Shown piece after piece: positions 39,672-52,695 of a stretch of 64,000 nt of DNA. The DNA lies in contig JBHGNT010000013.1 in NCBI GenBank assembly GCA_043228905.1, positions 20,088,001-20,152,000 of the forward strand. Direction: 5' to 3'. Position 1 is the first letter of the stretch; every line of letters starts with the position of its first letter. The notes under the pieces are model-generated. The model saw only the letters and a program-made list of their open reading frames with translations, made no database searches and was not told where the DNA came from. Position numbers and translations under genes: made by a program. The DNA is from Azolla caroliniana (taxonomy: Eukaryota > Plantae > Polypodiophyta).

Positions 39672-42600
39672 CTACACTACGACACTCGCCCCCTCCAAAC
39701 CCGCACATCCTCCGGTATGTGCCGAAGTTCTTGATTCTTCGTATCCGTCTTCATCCGAAGCTTCCTCCGATTCTCCCCTTATGTCGACTATGAGTTGTAA
39801 TCCACTTTCTTCGCTTCCCGCATCATTGTGGTCTTCGTCCGATTGCTCCTCGTTGTCGGCCTCGACTTGGATCACATAAGGTTTGTCGTCGGTCCGCTTC
39901 TTGAAAATCTTCACCCGCTTCCCGGCTATAGGCACTCGTAGTATTGTTCCATCCAACTCGGACAGTCGGTACGTCCCGTTGTCGAAGACCTTCCGAACCT
40001 CGTACGGCCCGAACCACCTTTTCGCGAATTTCCGCATCGTTGTATGTTGATGGTCCAAGCTACTATCATAGACGATCACCCAATCTCCTTCTTCAATCCT
40101 CCTCGGTCGTAGTCGGTGCTTTGTGTCGAACCGGCTTTTGTTCCGGAACCGTGCTTCTTGTTGTCGGCGTGACGCTTCCGCTACATCTTTCGGTCTTCCC
40201 TCCAGTTGTCGTATCCGGACCGCTAGTAGTTCTTCCCGGCTCATCTCTTCCTTCCACGGTAGTATTGTCCATGTCGCGATTGCGGTTTCCGTTGGCATTA
40301 CCGGTGCTTGTCCGGTCATGAGTTCTGTCGGCATGTAACCGGTCACGGAGCTATGCGTCGTCCGATCTGCCCATAGTGCATACGGAAGCATTTGTGGCCA
40401 ATCCTTCACCCTTCCGTCACATGCCTTCGCAAGTGCTTTCACGATCGGACTATGTCCTCGTTCGATCTTCCCGTTGGCCTCCGGATTGTAGGCCGTTGTC
40501 AACGTTAACCGAACTCCATGTTTGGCGAAGAATCCCCTAGCTTTGTCCGAGTCGAGTTCTCCCCGGTCCGCAATCACTTGTCCTACGCAGCCGTACCTAC
40601 AAAACACTTCTTCCAAAAGAAATTGGCACACCGCGGCACACGTTTTCCTCCGAAGCGCTCGACCTTCAACTTGGTTTGTGAGATCTTCTCGAGCTAACAC
40701 CAAGTATTTCTTTTGTCCAATCCCGGTCGGCATAGCTACAATGTCGACCATCCACTTGAAGTTGATTGTCAGTGAGAATGTCGGATGCAGCTCATCTCGG
40801 TGTCGGACCCCGGAGTAGACTTGACATTTCTCGCAGCTTTCTGTGAACTCCGCGACATCTTTATACATGTTCTTCCACCAATATCTTTGCTTGATTTTCA
40901 CGAAAGTTGCCCATGTTCCTCGATGTCCAGCCCAATCGGATTCGTCGAACTCGGACATTATCCGGTTTCGTTGCTCTTTCGTCCCGACTACTCGAAGTGG
41001 TATCCCATCCGGTCTTTTCGGCGTCCTCCATATTAAACCGTTTTCCAAGAAGAACTTTTGGACTTGCCTCTTCTTCCTTCGGATCTCGGCTCTCCTTTCT
41101 TTATCATTGGTTGAATCCTCGACCTCTTGTAGCATCTTCCCGATCATCAAGGTTTCCCCCTCGTATTCTTCTTCCCGGAATTCTTGGATCACGTTCACTC
41201 GGCATATGTGTTCTGACGTGAAGTAGTCTTCGGAAACTTCTTCATTATCTGATTCGGTTATGTCGTCTTCAAACCGCGCCCTCGATAACATGTCCGCTAC
41301 CGCGTTGTCCTTCCCCGAGATGTGTCGAACCTCCGGATTAAGTGACTTGACATATGCAATCCACCTTAGCATAGCCACATCCGGTATCGTACAACACCGC
41401 ATCATCCCGAGTATCGGAAGACAATCCGTCTCGATCACCACTTCAGCTCCGATCAAATAATCCCGATCCGATTTTATCGCCGACACGACTCCCCACAATT
41501 CTCTTTTGACTTGTGCATATCCGCGTTGCCTTTCATTGAGGACCTTTGCTCCAAATCGGATCGGATACCGCGAACCATCCGAGTCGGCTTGATTGATGAC
41601 CCACCCGATACCGGTTGGACTTGTATCAACCGTTACTATGATTGGCCGCTCGTAGCTTGGCTTCTTAAGTGATTCCGCCCTCCATAGTGTCTTCTTGAGC
41701 TTCCTCATGGCTTTAGTGTGTTCCGGTTTCCACTCGAATTTCTTACCTTTCCGCAACAAGTGATAGAGCGGGTCCGCTATATGTGCATAGTGCGGAATCC
41801 ATATGTGATAGAATGCACACGCACCCAGAAACCTTCGGACTTCCGATGTTGACTCACATACTTCCTTCATAGCTTGAATCGCATCGATCTTTGTTGGTGA
41901 CGGTCTTCGGCCGTAGGGTCCACATAGATGTCCGACCACCAATATTTCTTCTTGCCCGAATGCCGATTTCTCCCCGGAAAGTGTTAGGTGCACATCTTCT
42001 AGCTTTCGCAACACTTTCTCGCAATCATGAATATGGTCGACCACGAACTTTCGGCATCCCCGATCATCCATAGTCTCATCTTTTTCTTCCACCGCGCATC
42101 CTTTCATCGGAATGTCATCTAGAAACGGCATCGTTATCTCCGGGATGCAATCTCGAAGCACCTTGTTCATCGCGTTCATCATATGTGCAACCGAGTTTGT
42201 CGCTCCTTGTGGTAGTGTGCACATTCAAACTAGTCCTATCGGTGTCCGCATGGTAGTGATGTCTCGGCTCTCCACGGCTAGTTGGAATTGGTCATACCCC
42301 GAGTATAGGTCCCCGATGGAGTATATCGCACGTCCGGCAAAAGCTTCCGCGAATTCGTCCACTATCGGACCGACTCCCGAGTTCCGGATCGTGACCTTGT
42401 TCACCGGTTGCAAGTCTTGGATGAATCGGAGTGACCCATTCTTCTTCGGAACCGTAAACCATCGATTTGAGTACGGAGCACTTGATGGTTCTAGAATCCC
42501 CATCGCCACCTTCTCCTTGAGCAAGTCGATGACTTTCGGAATATGCGCCCGTGGCACCGGAATCGGCTTCGGGTTCCACGGTACATGATCAATCGTGAAA

Positions 42601-43280
42601 ATCACCATCGGCTCCACTATCTTTGGATCAATGCATCCGATCTCCCTCGATGTGAACGCGAATGCTTTGCCATGTTGCTCCAACATCTCTCGAAACCGTT
42701 TTTCTTCTTCTTGTAAGAGGAACCCACCTCCACCGATCCGAAGTTTCTTCCGGGTCTCATCTGTGAAGGCATGTCCGATATCCACGGACTTCCGAAGTGT
42801 CGGATCTCCCGAGACTTCTTTCTTCTTTTGTTCGCTATCGGCGGGTAGTGGTCCCGCGGCCGGTTTCACCTTCTTCTCCACGGTCTTGTATTTCGTACTT
42901 ACCATTGCTTCTTCTTTGCGGAGCGCATCTGGCCCCATTTTCGCAACGATCTCGTACATCTCGACCGATTCCACCGGGACTACCCGGTTCCCTTGGCTTT
43001 TATCTTCCGCAAGCTCTTCAAGCCGTTGTAGTGTATTCCCATAGAACACTTCCTCGATCACTCCCACGATTTCTTCGTCTTCTTTTATTATTGATGCCGA
43101 CTGTAACTTATCCTCCACTTGTCGGTATTGTTTCTTCATTCCTCCGGTTACGGCCGTGTACGTAGATGCCCCATCCGGGCCGATTCGTACTTGTTTCGCT
43201 CCGAGAGTTTTCTTCCTGTGTGGGGTATCAGGGCTTCTCGGACTATCACTTCCCCACTCCGCAACAGTCCGCTTTAAAAA
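39672..43280 (-). pseudogene. RT-RNaseH-integrase of the Phygy-like element, one in-frame TGA at 42225-42227
   Basis: TLPQGATNSVA, PFLDDIP, VDTS, HISGKDNAVADMLSR, GHRG..CEKC, NGKIER, WFGPY. Confidence 0.93.
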
Positions 43281-45311
43281 TCCATTCTCACTTGGGACAA
43301 GAGTTCCCTCTTGTTCCTTTCGTGATTTGCCGGCACCGTTAGGAATTGGACGGATTTCCCTCCGTTTTGGCTCCGAATTCGCACAAAAGCCGCACCACTA
43401 TCGAGCACCTTCGTCTCCATCCGTGAAGCCGTGATAAAGGGTTGGCCGAGGATGACAGAATGTGAAACCTCATCCTGCACAAAGAAATTTTGGTCAATTT
43501 CGACATCCCCGATCTTTACCGTCATCCGGACAAGCCGCAAATAGGTCTTCTGTCGTTTTCGTGGCTGCCCGAATCTTCCATCCATGGTTGGTGTTTATAG
43601 GCCACTTCCCCTTTCGGTAGAACTCCTTGGACATCAAGTTGATCTCCGATCCGTGATCAATCAATGCTAGCACGGGTTCTTTGATGTTGCCGATTCGGAC
43701 CGGAGTCTCCGTAGTCGCACGTGCCCAGTGTGGCCTTGTATAGTGGGAGTTCGGAATTTCGCCTTCCACTTCGGTGTCGTTCATTGAAACGGTATTTGCA
43801 TTCACCCTTGGAGCATTTTCCTCCGTACTTTGTCTCTTCCTTTTCACGAGATCCACGAGAAGATCGTGAAACTCCTTCTTCGCTATTCCGAGTAGTTCCC
43901 GCAGCGAAAAATCTACCCGGCTATCCAAGATTCTTTCCTCGAACACTCTTTTCAAGTCGGTTTGTTGTTCTATGTCCGAGGCGAGCTTGAATGTCGGAGT
44001 CGCCTTTTCTTTTCCCTTACCTCCGGAGTTCCAGCTTCCCGGTATCTTCGATGGTCCGGCCGCATCCTCCATGCGCCGTCGTTTCTCGTCCACATACACC
44101 TCATGTAATTGACACAGGGCGTATATGCTATTCTTGTCGACAGGGCACTCCCATCCCGTAGCTTCCCGGACGCCTTCCGCGGTGTTTCGGATATCGTTGG
44201 AGTCGGTTTTCTCGGTGTTTCCTAGCACCTCCGGCCAGAAAGACGCCTTCGCTCCCGTTGACTCCCCGACACATATTCCCGCGGTTGTCGCATAGTTGCT
44301 TCTTGCCGCTAACTCCTCCTCGAGCACCTTCTTCATGCCGCCTTTCCGGAAGTTCGGTCGGAGTGGCTTCCGAGAGTCCATCGAATGAATCCGGTTTCCC
44401 TCGTAGTAGATGAGATCCCGTCGTAGCGCCTCCTTATGGTCGTCGCAATCCCTCCGATCGTGTTCGGCGCTATCGCACCATATGCACCGTCGATCCGTAT
44501 ATTCGGAGCTTTTGGGGCGGTCATCCGACTTCTTCACCATCGCGATCTTTAGATTCTCCATCTCCTTCAGCAGCTGCTCCACCGTAGATGCGTCGACTCC
44601 CTTCTCAGTCGTAATCTCCCGAGCCCTCGGTTGATGGTCTTCCAGTCCCGTTCTCGGTTTCGGAATCGGTTCCGAAACCCTCTTTTCTTCGTTGGCAAGC
44701 CATTGCCCCCTCTTCGTGTACCGCGCGACGATATCCCGCACGCTTTCCCATGTTTCGGTGAGGCCGCTTTCGGTGGTCGTGTCCTCAAGAAGCACTCCGA
44801 GATCTTTCCGGTCCCGGACGTCCACAGCTCGCAAAAACATGATGACTTTGTCCGGTGCAAGAATAGTTTGATCTCTCGCGGACAACCTCCCGAACCGACT
44901 TTCGAATGTCGAAAACACTTCGAGGACCTTCAGCCCCTTACCTGACGTTTCCACCCAATCCTCAAATCCCCTCCGCGTTGCCTTGGAGGAGTCCTCGATG
45001 GCAAACGTGGTCTTTAACGCCTCTTCGAATGCTTCCCACGTCGGATTTTGTTGTTGCAACCCGTGGATACTCCCTTGAAGCCCGTCGGTCGCCACCCGGT
45101 TAAAGGATGTCACTTGCAGTCCTTCCGAAGCCCGGCACCGGAGCATCTCCGCCTTGTAGTCCTGCAAATATCGCGACACATCCTTACCATTAAATTGCCC
45201 GTTGCGTTGCACGAGCCGCTCTACTGATGCCGAAATCTCCGACATCGTGCGTTGTTCTTGAAGCATCCGTTCGAACATCGACATCATATTGTTAGCTTGT
45301 TGAGCCTCCAT
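43274..45311 (-). pseudogene. gag-protease of the Phygy-like element, frameshifted near 43520
   Basis: CIWCDSAEHDRRDC zinc knuckle; ALIDHGSEIN protease site; VILGQPF lies in a different frame. Confidence 0.85.
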
Positions 45312-47829
45312 CTCCTTGCCACCCGTCTTCACGTCGGGTTCACCAACTGTGTCGTGCCTTTCGGCTCCGGATCGTTGCGTGAGTCGGGTGGGAACCACAG
45401 AGGTCTTGGACTAGGAGAAAGAAGTTCGTGAGATAGAGATTAATTATGAGTAAATAGCAAAGAGAAAGATAAGAAACTCGTGAATCACACGAGTATACTA
45501 TATTAATTGGTACTTAGGGTGTTAAGAGAGAAGTAGATGTATAAATCGTGAATCCCACGAATAATTTTTGTATTGATTAATTCTTAATCCAAATAATCAA
45601 CAACCCTTTATATATTTCTCTCCTCCTTATATAAGGAAGGAAGAGCTAAGCATGGCTTCATGCTTTTTTTTACAAAAAGTGTTCATGTCCACTAAATGTG
45701 CATGTGATGCTTTTTTTATTTCCTAAGTATAGGGCTCATGCACGCTAGATGTGCATGAGTTATTTTTAGTGTCTCGTGTTTTTTTTTTTTCTTCTTTTTT
45801 ATATATTAAAAAAATACACGATTTACCTTTTAATAAAGGTATGCATAAATAAAGGTCTTATACGTATTAAATCTATATTTAAAACACTTAAGATAAGTTA
45901 ATGTAATGGTAAGGTTGGGGTTTGTCAACGTGGAGGTGCAGAGTTCGAATCACGCCCTGCGTAGTAGTGAGTATTTCCTTTTTTTTTACATTTATGTCTT
46001 TTTATCCGGCTCTTCCTTGCCGGTATGCCGTTTTCTTCCTTGCCGGTATGCCGTTTTCCTCCTTGCCGGTATGCCGTTTTCTTCCGGTTCTCACCGAGCA
46101 CTCCATTCTCTATCCGGAGGGACAAAAATATAATTTCCACATAGTGTGCAACCTACACTACGACAACGGGACCCAACGACACAAGGTAGCGGATCGGGAG
46201 TCGGTAAGACGGGCGGACGAAGTGCAAAACCCTCACCGGCCGGTTACGGTCTCGGAAGTAGCCGGTAGGGCGAACACGAGGAGGTGTGTCGGGCCGGGAA
46301 GGCACGCCTGGGACGGAACAAGAGTCTCGCAAGTGGCCATCGTGGGCCGGATCGAAGCGTGACTACGGGACAGTGTTCGGCACGGGCGGTGCCGAGCGAA
46401 GGATGCGAAAGACGGCACAAGAGAGGTGTCGGGAACGAGGTGACAAGTGCCTAGTGGACTGCACAGGGTCGGATTCAAGGGATGGCAAGAGAGGCTGAAG
46501 GAGGATCCTCCACACTCGCTTCGTAGATCTCGGGAGCTCCGTCGAAGTAGCGAAGACTGACACGGCAAGCTCGGGGGTGACAAGCTGGTGGGGGCGAGGG
46601 GACGATGGCAAGCGGAAGACTCATGACCTATTGCAGCAGCACGAAGACGGGAAGGGCCAAGCGGGCTACTACGGGGTGTTCCTCGGATGCAAAGGACACC
46701 AGTATGCGGGTGAGCGGCGATGCACGATCTGGCCGGAAAAGGGGCCGACAAGGCGTGCAATGAACCGGAGTGCGATACAGGCAGTGCCAAACAACGGACG
46801 AGGGTATGTGGCACACGGAGGTGCCGGAGCGGAAAGGCAAGCGCGGAGATAGGTTGCGCGGTTCGGAGGTAGCGCGGAGAAGGCCGAAAAGGGATCCTCC
46901 ACACCGTTCCGGAGACCATGGCGGTTCGAGCCGACGCGGCGATGTAAGACCATGGAGAAGGAAGGTGGCGGCGAGAGGACGAGGGCATACGACGGGAGCG
47001 GGGCGTTCATACGGCCGAACAAGGGCCAGCGAGGTATGCGTACTACGGAGATCGCGGCAGAGGATCCATCAACGGGTCGAACGAGCCTACGGGGAGGTAA
47101 GCGCGAAGGAAGAATCGAAGCCGACGGATCAAACCAGCAACGAGCCGAGATGCGGATCACGGAAGACCGGTTTCTCACCGGCCGAAATCTCTCACCCTTC
47201 AACCAGATTTGGCACGTACCGGTGGACGTGCAGTTAGGTGGGGGCGGATGTCGTGAAGAATTTCGGCCAGAGGCGGAAACCGGGAAACATTGGCTACATC
47301 GGCGGGGTGCAGCGTGTGTGCTCACCCTTGTACATTTAGTGTGAATAACGAGGGCGCCTTTATGGCACCGAAGAGTAGTCAAGTCAAGACAGACGATCCC
47401 ATGTAAGTCGGGATTTATCCCACATTGTAACGCATCCCTCTCCTTGTTCTATAAAAGGAAGGCAGCGGCCTTTGTGAAAGGGTTGCCCATTTTGCGTTAG
47501 AGGGTATACCGTTAGTTTAGGGTTAGTTATTCTTCTTCTTCTTCTTCTTCTTCTTCTTCTTCTTCATGTTCGCTTAGGGTTTGCTTTAGCTCGGCCTCCT
47601 GGGCAAGACCCCGCTCGGCGCAACGAGCCGAGAGCTCCCCGACGGCGGCTTGACAATAATCGACTGTCGTAACCTACCTTGGTCCGGCTCGATGCCGGGA
47701 ATGTATTCTTCCTTTCATATATACATACATATACGTTTGCGTCTGTCTGTGTATATTCGCGTCTTTGTTGGTGTCGGGTGCTTCCCCTTTCCTGCATTTC
47801 CTGTACATAAGGGCGTGAGTTGGGTTGGC

Positions 47830-47884
<55 letters not shown>

Positions 47885-48160
47885 CGTGCGTGCGTGTGCG
47901 TTAGTCAGTGTTAAGCGCATGCTCTCTCTCTCTCTCCCTTCGGTTGCTTCAGGTGTGCTTCTGGGATGCCCCGGAAACGATGAAGCACGACTTCCTACGC
48001 TCCATCACTCCCTAGTCCAAGACCCCCGTGGTCCCGCCTTTCTCCACGCACGCGCGTAACTACGCGACAACGCACTACGCATCTATATTCCCTTGCACCA
48101 CAATCACCTTGTAAGCTACCCCGAAGGACTGAGGGTGGCTTGTGTTCCTAACCAGTAACA

Positions 48161-50398
48161 AGAACGACCCACTAGGCTGAATCAGAGATTCGACAAACAA
48201 TCGAACTCGATCAAGCCGACAATACACCTGCCAACTCTGTATCAGTAGGAGGTCCACTAGTCGAACTCGAAGACAAAGCAAAACTAACAAGAGTCAAAAA
48301 AGGCAAAGTCAACAAGGTGTGAGCCGGAATCGACAGAATCGATCCGACCCACACACATAAGGCCAAACGGAAAAACAGAACCAAGTTGGCTAAGACTTCT
48401 ACCTCTAAGTCAACTGATCCCGAAGAAGGGGAGGATGCCCTAACATCACTGAAATCCTACTACAAACAGTTCAAGTAATACCAATTGGTCGGTCGAGCCG
48501 ATTGAAGAGTTCGAACCCACAACATCGGCACCCAGGAGATCCGGACAAGTTAAAAGGCCCATAGAGTTTTATCAACCAGGCCTCGACTATGTCAACTACA
48601 CGGATGCAAGTGAACCAAGTACTTACGAAGAAGCTATAGCTGCACCTAATGCGGTCACATGGCTACAAGCCATGCAATCTAATATGGACTCGATTCATCA
48701 GAATCATACATGGGAGCTGGTCGAACTACCAGTCGGGAGAAAGTCATTACCCTGCAAATGGGTCTTCAGATACAAATATGTATCCGACTCAAAGAAGCCC
48801 AAGTACAAAGCCTCAGTTAATCATGAAGGGATTCAAACATGAACATGAGGTCAACTATGATAAGATATTTTCTCCAGTAGTCAAGATGGCCACCCTTCGG
48901 CTCCTACTTGGGGTCGTGGCGACAGAAGACCTAGACCTCAAGCAGATGGATATAAAGACAGCATTCCTACACAGAGATCTGGAAGAAGACATTTACATGT
49001 CTCAACCGGCAGGCTTCACGACGATGGGGAAGGAAAGTCACCTCGTATGTCATTTGAAGAAAAGCCTTTATGGATTAAAACAAGCATCAAGGATGTAGTA
49101 TCAGATGTTCGACACCTACATCATGCAGCTTGGATACCGTCGATCTAACTCCGACCCATGTATGTATGTTCGGTAACTGGCCAACAAGTCCAGGATCTAT
49201 CTGATCCTATATGTTGATGACATGCTCATTGTAGGGAGCAATCCAGCAGAGATCGGAAACCTAAAGCGAAGCCTTCACGACAAGTTCGCGATGAAGGAAC
49301 TAAGACAAGCCCGACACACACTAGGCATGAGGATCAAGCGAAATCGGACGAAAGACTCTCCGACTCTCCCAATCCGACGTCACCCACAAAGTGTTGAACA
49401 CTTCAACATCAAGAATGCAAAGCCAATACCAACACCGCTTCCAACATAAATCTGACTATCAGACAGAGACTCTCCTTCGATAGATAAGGAAAAAGAGCTT
49501 GCCTATGCCGTAGGAGTCGTCAACCACTACATGTCAAACCCAGGACAGAAGCATTGGGAGGCCATCAAGCACATCTTCATGTACCTGAGAGAGATCGAAG
49601 ATGCACAACTGACTTTCAAATCGTCAAAATCAACCAAAGTCAAAGGCTACACCGACTCAGACTATGCCGGAAATACCGACAATCGAAAGTCGACATCATG
49701 CTACATCTTCACCTATGGTGTCGGTGCCATATCATGTCCGAGGTTGAAGCTTCAAGAGTGCTCGACTCTATCTACCACAGAAGTCGAGTACATAGCAGCA
49801 TCAGACACAACGAAGGAAGTGATCTGGTTACACCAACTAACTTTTGACTTCTCGACCATGAGCCGAATCGATCGATCAGCACTGACCATCTATTGCAACT
49901 CACAGAGCGTAATACACCTCATTCAAAATCTAGTCTATCATGCGAAGACAAAACACATTGAGGTGTGGTTTCATCATATCTGGGAGCTAGTAAACGAGTA
50001 GAAGCTCGAAGTTCGGAAGATCAATACCAAGGTGAACATAGTTGATTGCCTGACGAAGCCACTCCCCTATCAACACTTCGGAGCACTAAGGACGAAGATG
50101 GGACTACAACAAGTGATCGAGCCAAAGGGAGCTGAGCATGGAGCAGAAGGTAATATGATCCAACTGTTTCGGACAAACCGATCCGAACAACTAGGCTAGA
50201 TATTTATTCTACCTCTGTCGAGTCAGTTATACACTAACTGACTTCTACTATAAATTTAGATCAACTTTGTAATCTAAGTTTACAAGAGAGATAACCCCAA
50301 TCACTTGCACATGTATGAAAGAGTAGTACTTTTACGGGGGAGTTTGCTGGCATAAAAGGCCGACTCCGATTACTTTTTCCTTCCTAGTGTGAACACGT
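48161..50398 (+). mobile_element. Degenerate Ty1/copia 3' part (RT, RNase H, PPT, start of 3' LTR)
   Basis: EPSTYEEA, CKWVF, QMDIKTAFL, LKKSLYGLKQ, YVDDML, GYTDSDYAG..RKSTS, KTKHIE; many stops; PPT gggggag at about 50336. Confidence 0.92.
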
Positions 50399-50409
50399 TG
50401 TCGCGTTAC

Positions 50410-50485
50410 TGTCATGATATGGCAAGACTCGAACCCATGACCTTAGGTTATATGGGTCGAGCTCTTGACCATTAGACCATCTATT
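50410..50485 (-). promoter_or_regulatory. tRNA-like A-box/B-box cassette at the start of the chromovirus LTR, antisense (also at 52206, 57434 and 61337)
   Basis: Minus strand TGGTCTAATGG (50479-50469) and GGTTCGAGTC (50435-50426), 45 nt from T8 to G53 as in tRNA. Confidence 0.7.
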
Positions 50486-50707
50486 GTAATACATAGGATA
50501 TTATTTTCATTTATATTTTATTATAGGAAATTAGTGTATATTCCATATTTCTCTAGAACATTCTAGAAGCTTCAGGATTACTCCGGAAAACACTATAAAA
50601 GAGGGCACTAGGCATTATGTTGAACCAAATTGGTTCAACGCCAGTCTTAAGCCTTTTAGCCACCGTTGTATATTCTCTTCATATAATAAATATCTTTCTT
50701 ATCATCA

Positions 50708-50742
<35 letters not shown>

Positions 50743-50929
50743 TTTTCTCTCTGTCTCGCTCACTTCTTCCTTCTCTCGAAGAAGTTCCACACCTCTCATA
50801 GTACTAATCTTTCGTTTAGTACTAATTCCTTCTCTGTCTCAGTACTGTTCATGACAGTTTGAACAAATTTCCCTACCTTCTATCTCTCTCATTTCCTACT
50901 AATCTTTTATTCCTCTTTTCTTTCATCCC

Positions 50930-52081
50930 ATGGCCACTGTTAGCGCTGAAGAATATCAATCTGTTTTCTCGGAATTTCAAGGCTTGAAGGAGAAGTTCCA
51001 TGCTTTGGAACAAGAAAACCAATGGTTGCTGGGGGATCTTCAGCAAATCTCCTTAGAAAAGCAGCAAACGCAACAACAGCATGGGGAACTTGCGTTACGC
51101 GTGCAACAACTCGAAGCCACCATCGTAGCGATGCAACAACACGGGCCCGGAACACAAGGGATTCATAAAGAACCTAAGATTGGCCTTCCCACGAAGTTCG
51201 ATGGAACGCGATCGCAGTTTAGAGGGTTCCTTAACCAGGTACGATTAGTTATTCAAATGCATCCTTCCCGATATCCCACCGATGCATCACGAGTGGGTTT
51301 AGTAGGCACTTTGTTAAGTGGCTCAGCGTTGTCATGGTTCGCTCCACTATTAGAAAAGGAATCTCCGTTACTCAACAATTTTGAAGAGTTCCTAGGTGAG
51401 TTTAAAGCATGTTTCGGAGATACTGACAGCATCAGGACCGCAATCAACAAAATCCGGCGATTACGCCAAGGTGACGGTCCAGCCTCCGCATACGCTGCAG
51501 ATTTTCGCCTACTCGCCGCCGATATCCCTTGGGATGATCAAGCGTTGATGGAGCAATTCCGTTATGGTTTACGCAACGACGTCAAGGATTTACTCTTGAC
51601 CTTCCCCGAAGAGCCAAAGTCCTTAACAGAAGCAATCAGTCGCGCGGTGAGATGTGACAACCGCCTCTTTGAGCGACGTTCGGAACGACAGCTACAGATG
51701 CCGAGGGCAAGATCAGAGCCCACCTACGCCTCAGTGGTAGCAAGACCTTTTCCGAGGGAGTCATATAATGCGCCTCCAGTGAATACTCCGACTCCGATGG
51801 AGATTGACACTACACGTCGTCGAGGGCCATTATCCGAAGAAGAAAAGCAGCGACGTCGTACAAATCGACTATGTCTTTACTGCGGTGGACCAGGACATAT
51901 CGCAATAAATTGCCCCCATAGGCCAAGAAGACAGGTAAACCAAATAGTCACTAGTTCTAATTGTACTAAATCCGAGCCTATTTCAGTAGGGATATCTGAT
52001 AGTCCTAATAGTACTAATATCCCAGATCTAGCAAACAGATTTGATGTCCTTAGTCAGTTAGAAGAAGAGTTAAACGACTAA
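50930..52081 (+). CDS. Gag of the outer chromovirus
   Basis: EPKIGLPTKFDG, PMEID, CLYCGGPGHIAINC zinc knuckle. Confidence 0.93.
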   Translation: MATVSAEEYQSVFSEFQGLKEKFHALEQENQWLLGDLQQISLEKQQTQQQHGELALRVQQLEATIVAMQQHGPGTQGIHKEPKIGLPTKFDGTRSQFRGFLNQVRLVIQMHPSRYPTDASRVGLVGTLLSGSALSWFAPLLEKESPLLNNFEEFLGEFKACFGDTDSIRTAINKIRRLRQGDGPASAYAADFRLLAADIPWDDQALMEQFRYGLRNDVKDLLLTFPEEPKSLTEAISRAVRCDNRLFERRSERQLQMPRARSEPTYASVVARPFPRESYNAPPVNTPTPMEIDTTRRRGPLSEEEKQRRRTNRLCLYCGGPGHIAINCPHRPRRQVNQIVTSSNCTKSEPISVGISDSPNSTNIPDLANRFDVLSQLEEELND

Positions 52082-52695
52082 GTCCAGCCAAAATAGGAGC
52101 CGTTTGGTTGGACAGCCCTAGATCTGTGCAGCCCATTAGTGGTTCCATTCCCTCTAAGCAAGTTAGTGATGTGTTCGTAGCCCAAGTAATAGTTAGTACT
52201 AAAAGTGTCATGGCAAGACTCGAACCCATGACTTTATGCTACATGGGTCGAGCTCTTACCATTAGATTAGGAATTGTATTTTGTAGGATATTATTTTCAT
52301 TTATACTTTATCATAGAAAATTGATGTATATTCCAGATCTCTCTGGAACATTCTAGAAGCTTCAAGATTATTCCTAAAAACACTATAAAAGGAGGCACAA
52401 GGCATTGTTTTGAACCAAATTGGTTCAACGCCAGTCTTAAGCCTCTTAGCCACTTGTACTTATCTTTTCACATAATATATAGCCGCTGTCATCATCTCTC
52501 TCATTCTCGCTATCTCTCTCTCTCTCCTCTTCTCACTTCCTCTCTCGGGAATCTTACGTAGTCCCGTCCTCTTAGTACTGTTGTTCTTAGTACTAATTCC
52601 ATCTCTGTTTTAGTACTATTCCTGACAGTTTGAACCAATTTGTTCTCTAGCCTACTTGTCACTCTCCCTCATCCTCCTACCCTTTTCCCTATACT

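Larger units (their letters stand above)
38846..46165 (-). mobile_element. Near-complete non-chromovirus Ty3/gypsy (Phygy/Ylt1-like); LTRs 46165-45350 and 39684-38846
   Basis: Nearly identical LTRs, 4-bp TSD acgg, tRNA-Trp PBS at 45345-45328, PPT ggagggggcgag, domain order gag-PR-RT-RH-IN. Lineage name is recalled from RT motifs, not from a tree. Confidence 0.95.
35548..48069 (+). mobile_element. Non-autonomous tRNA-Trp-primed LTR retrotransposon (LTRs 35548-36345 and 47249-48069; gag-like ORF only)
   Basis: TGTCGTG...CGCGACA LTR pair with (CTT)n and (GT)n tracts. PBS TGGTGAACCCGACGTGAA at 36350 is complementary to the plant tRNA-Trp 3' end. PPT aggtgggggcgga. TSD acgt/acgc. No pol of its own. 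Confidence 0.92.
33131..48160 (+). mobile_element. Gag-only non-autonomous LTR element: 5' LTR truncated (about 33131-33439), 3' LTR 34850-35547 plus 48074-48160, split by a nested insertion
   Basis: 33133-33439 matches 35328-35547 plus 48074-48160, both ending CCAGTAACA. PBS-like tggcacacttggtgg at about 33444 (decayed tRNA-Arg-like). PPT agggagagc before TGTCACCGG at 34850. Gag-like ORF 33777-34073. Confidence 0.75.

Noticed and set aside
46233-47382. ORFs in the 3' internal region of the non-autonomous element
   Set aside because: GC-rich, low-complexity, open on both strands, no domain signature.
50410-50485. Functional tRNA genes in the LTRs
   Set aside because: Acceptor and anticodon stems do not pair, so reported only as tRNA-like promoter cassettes.
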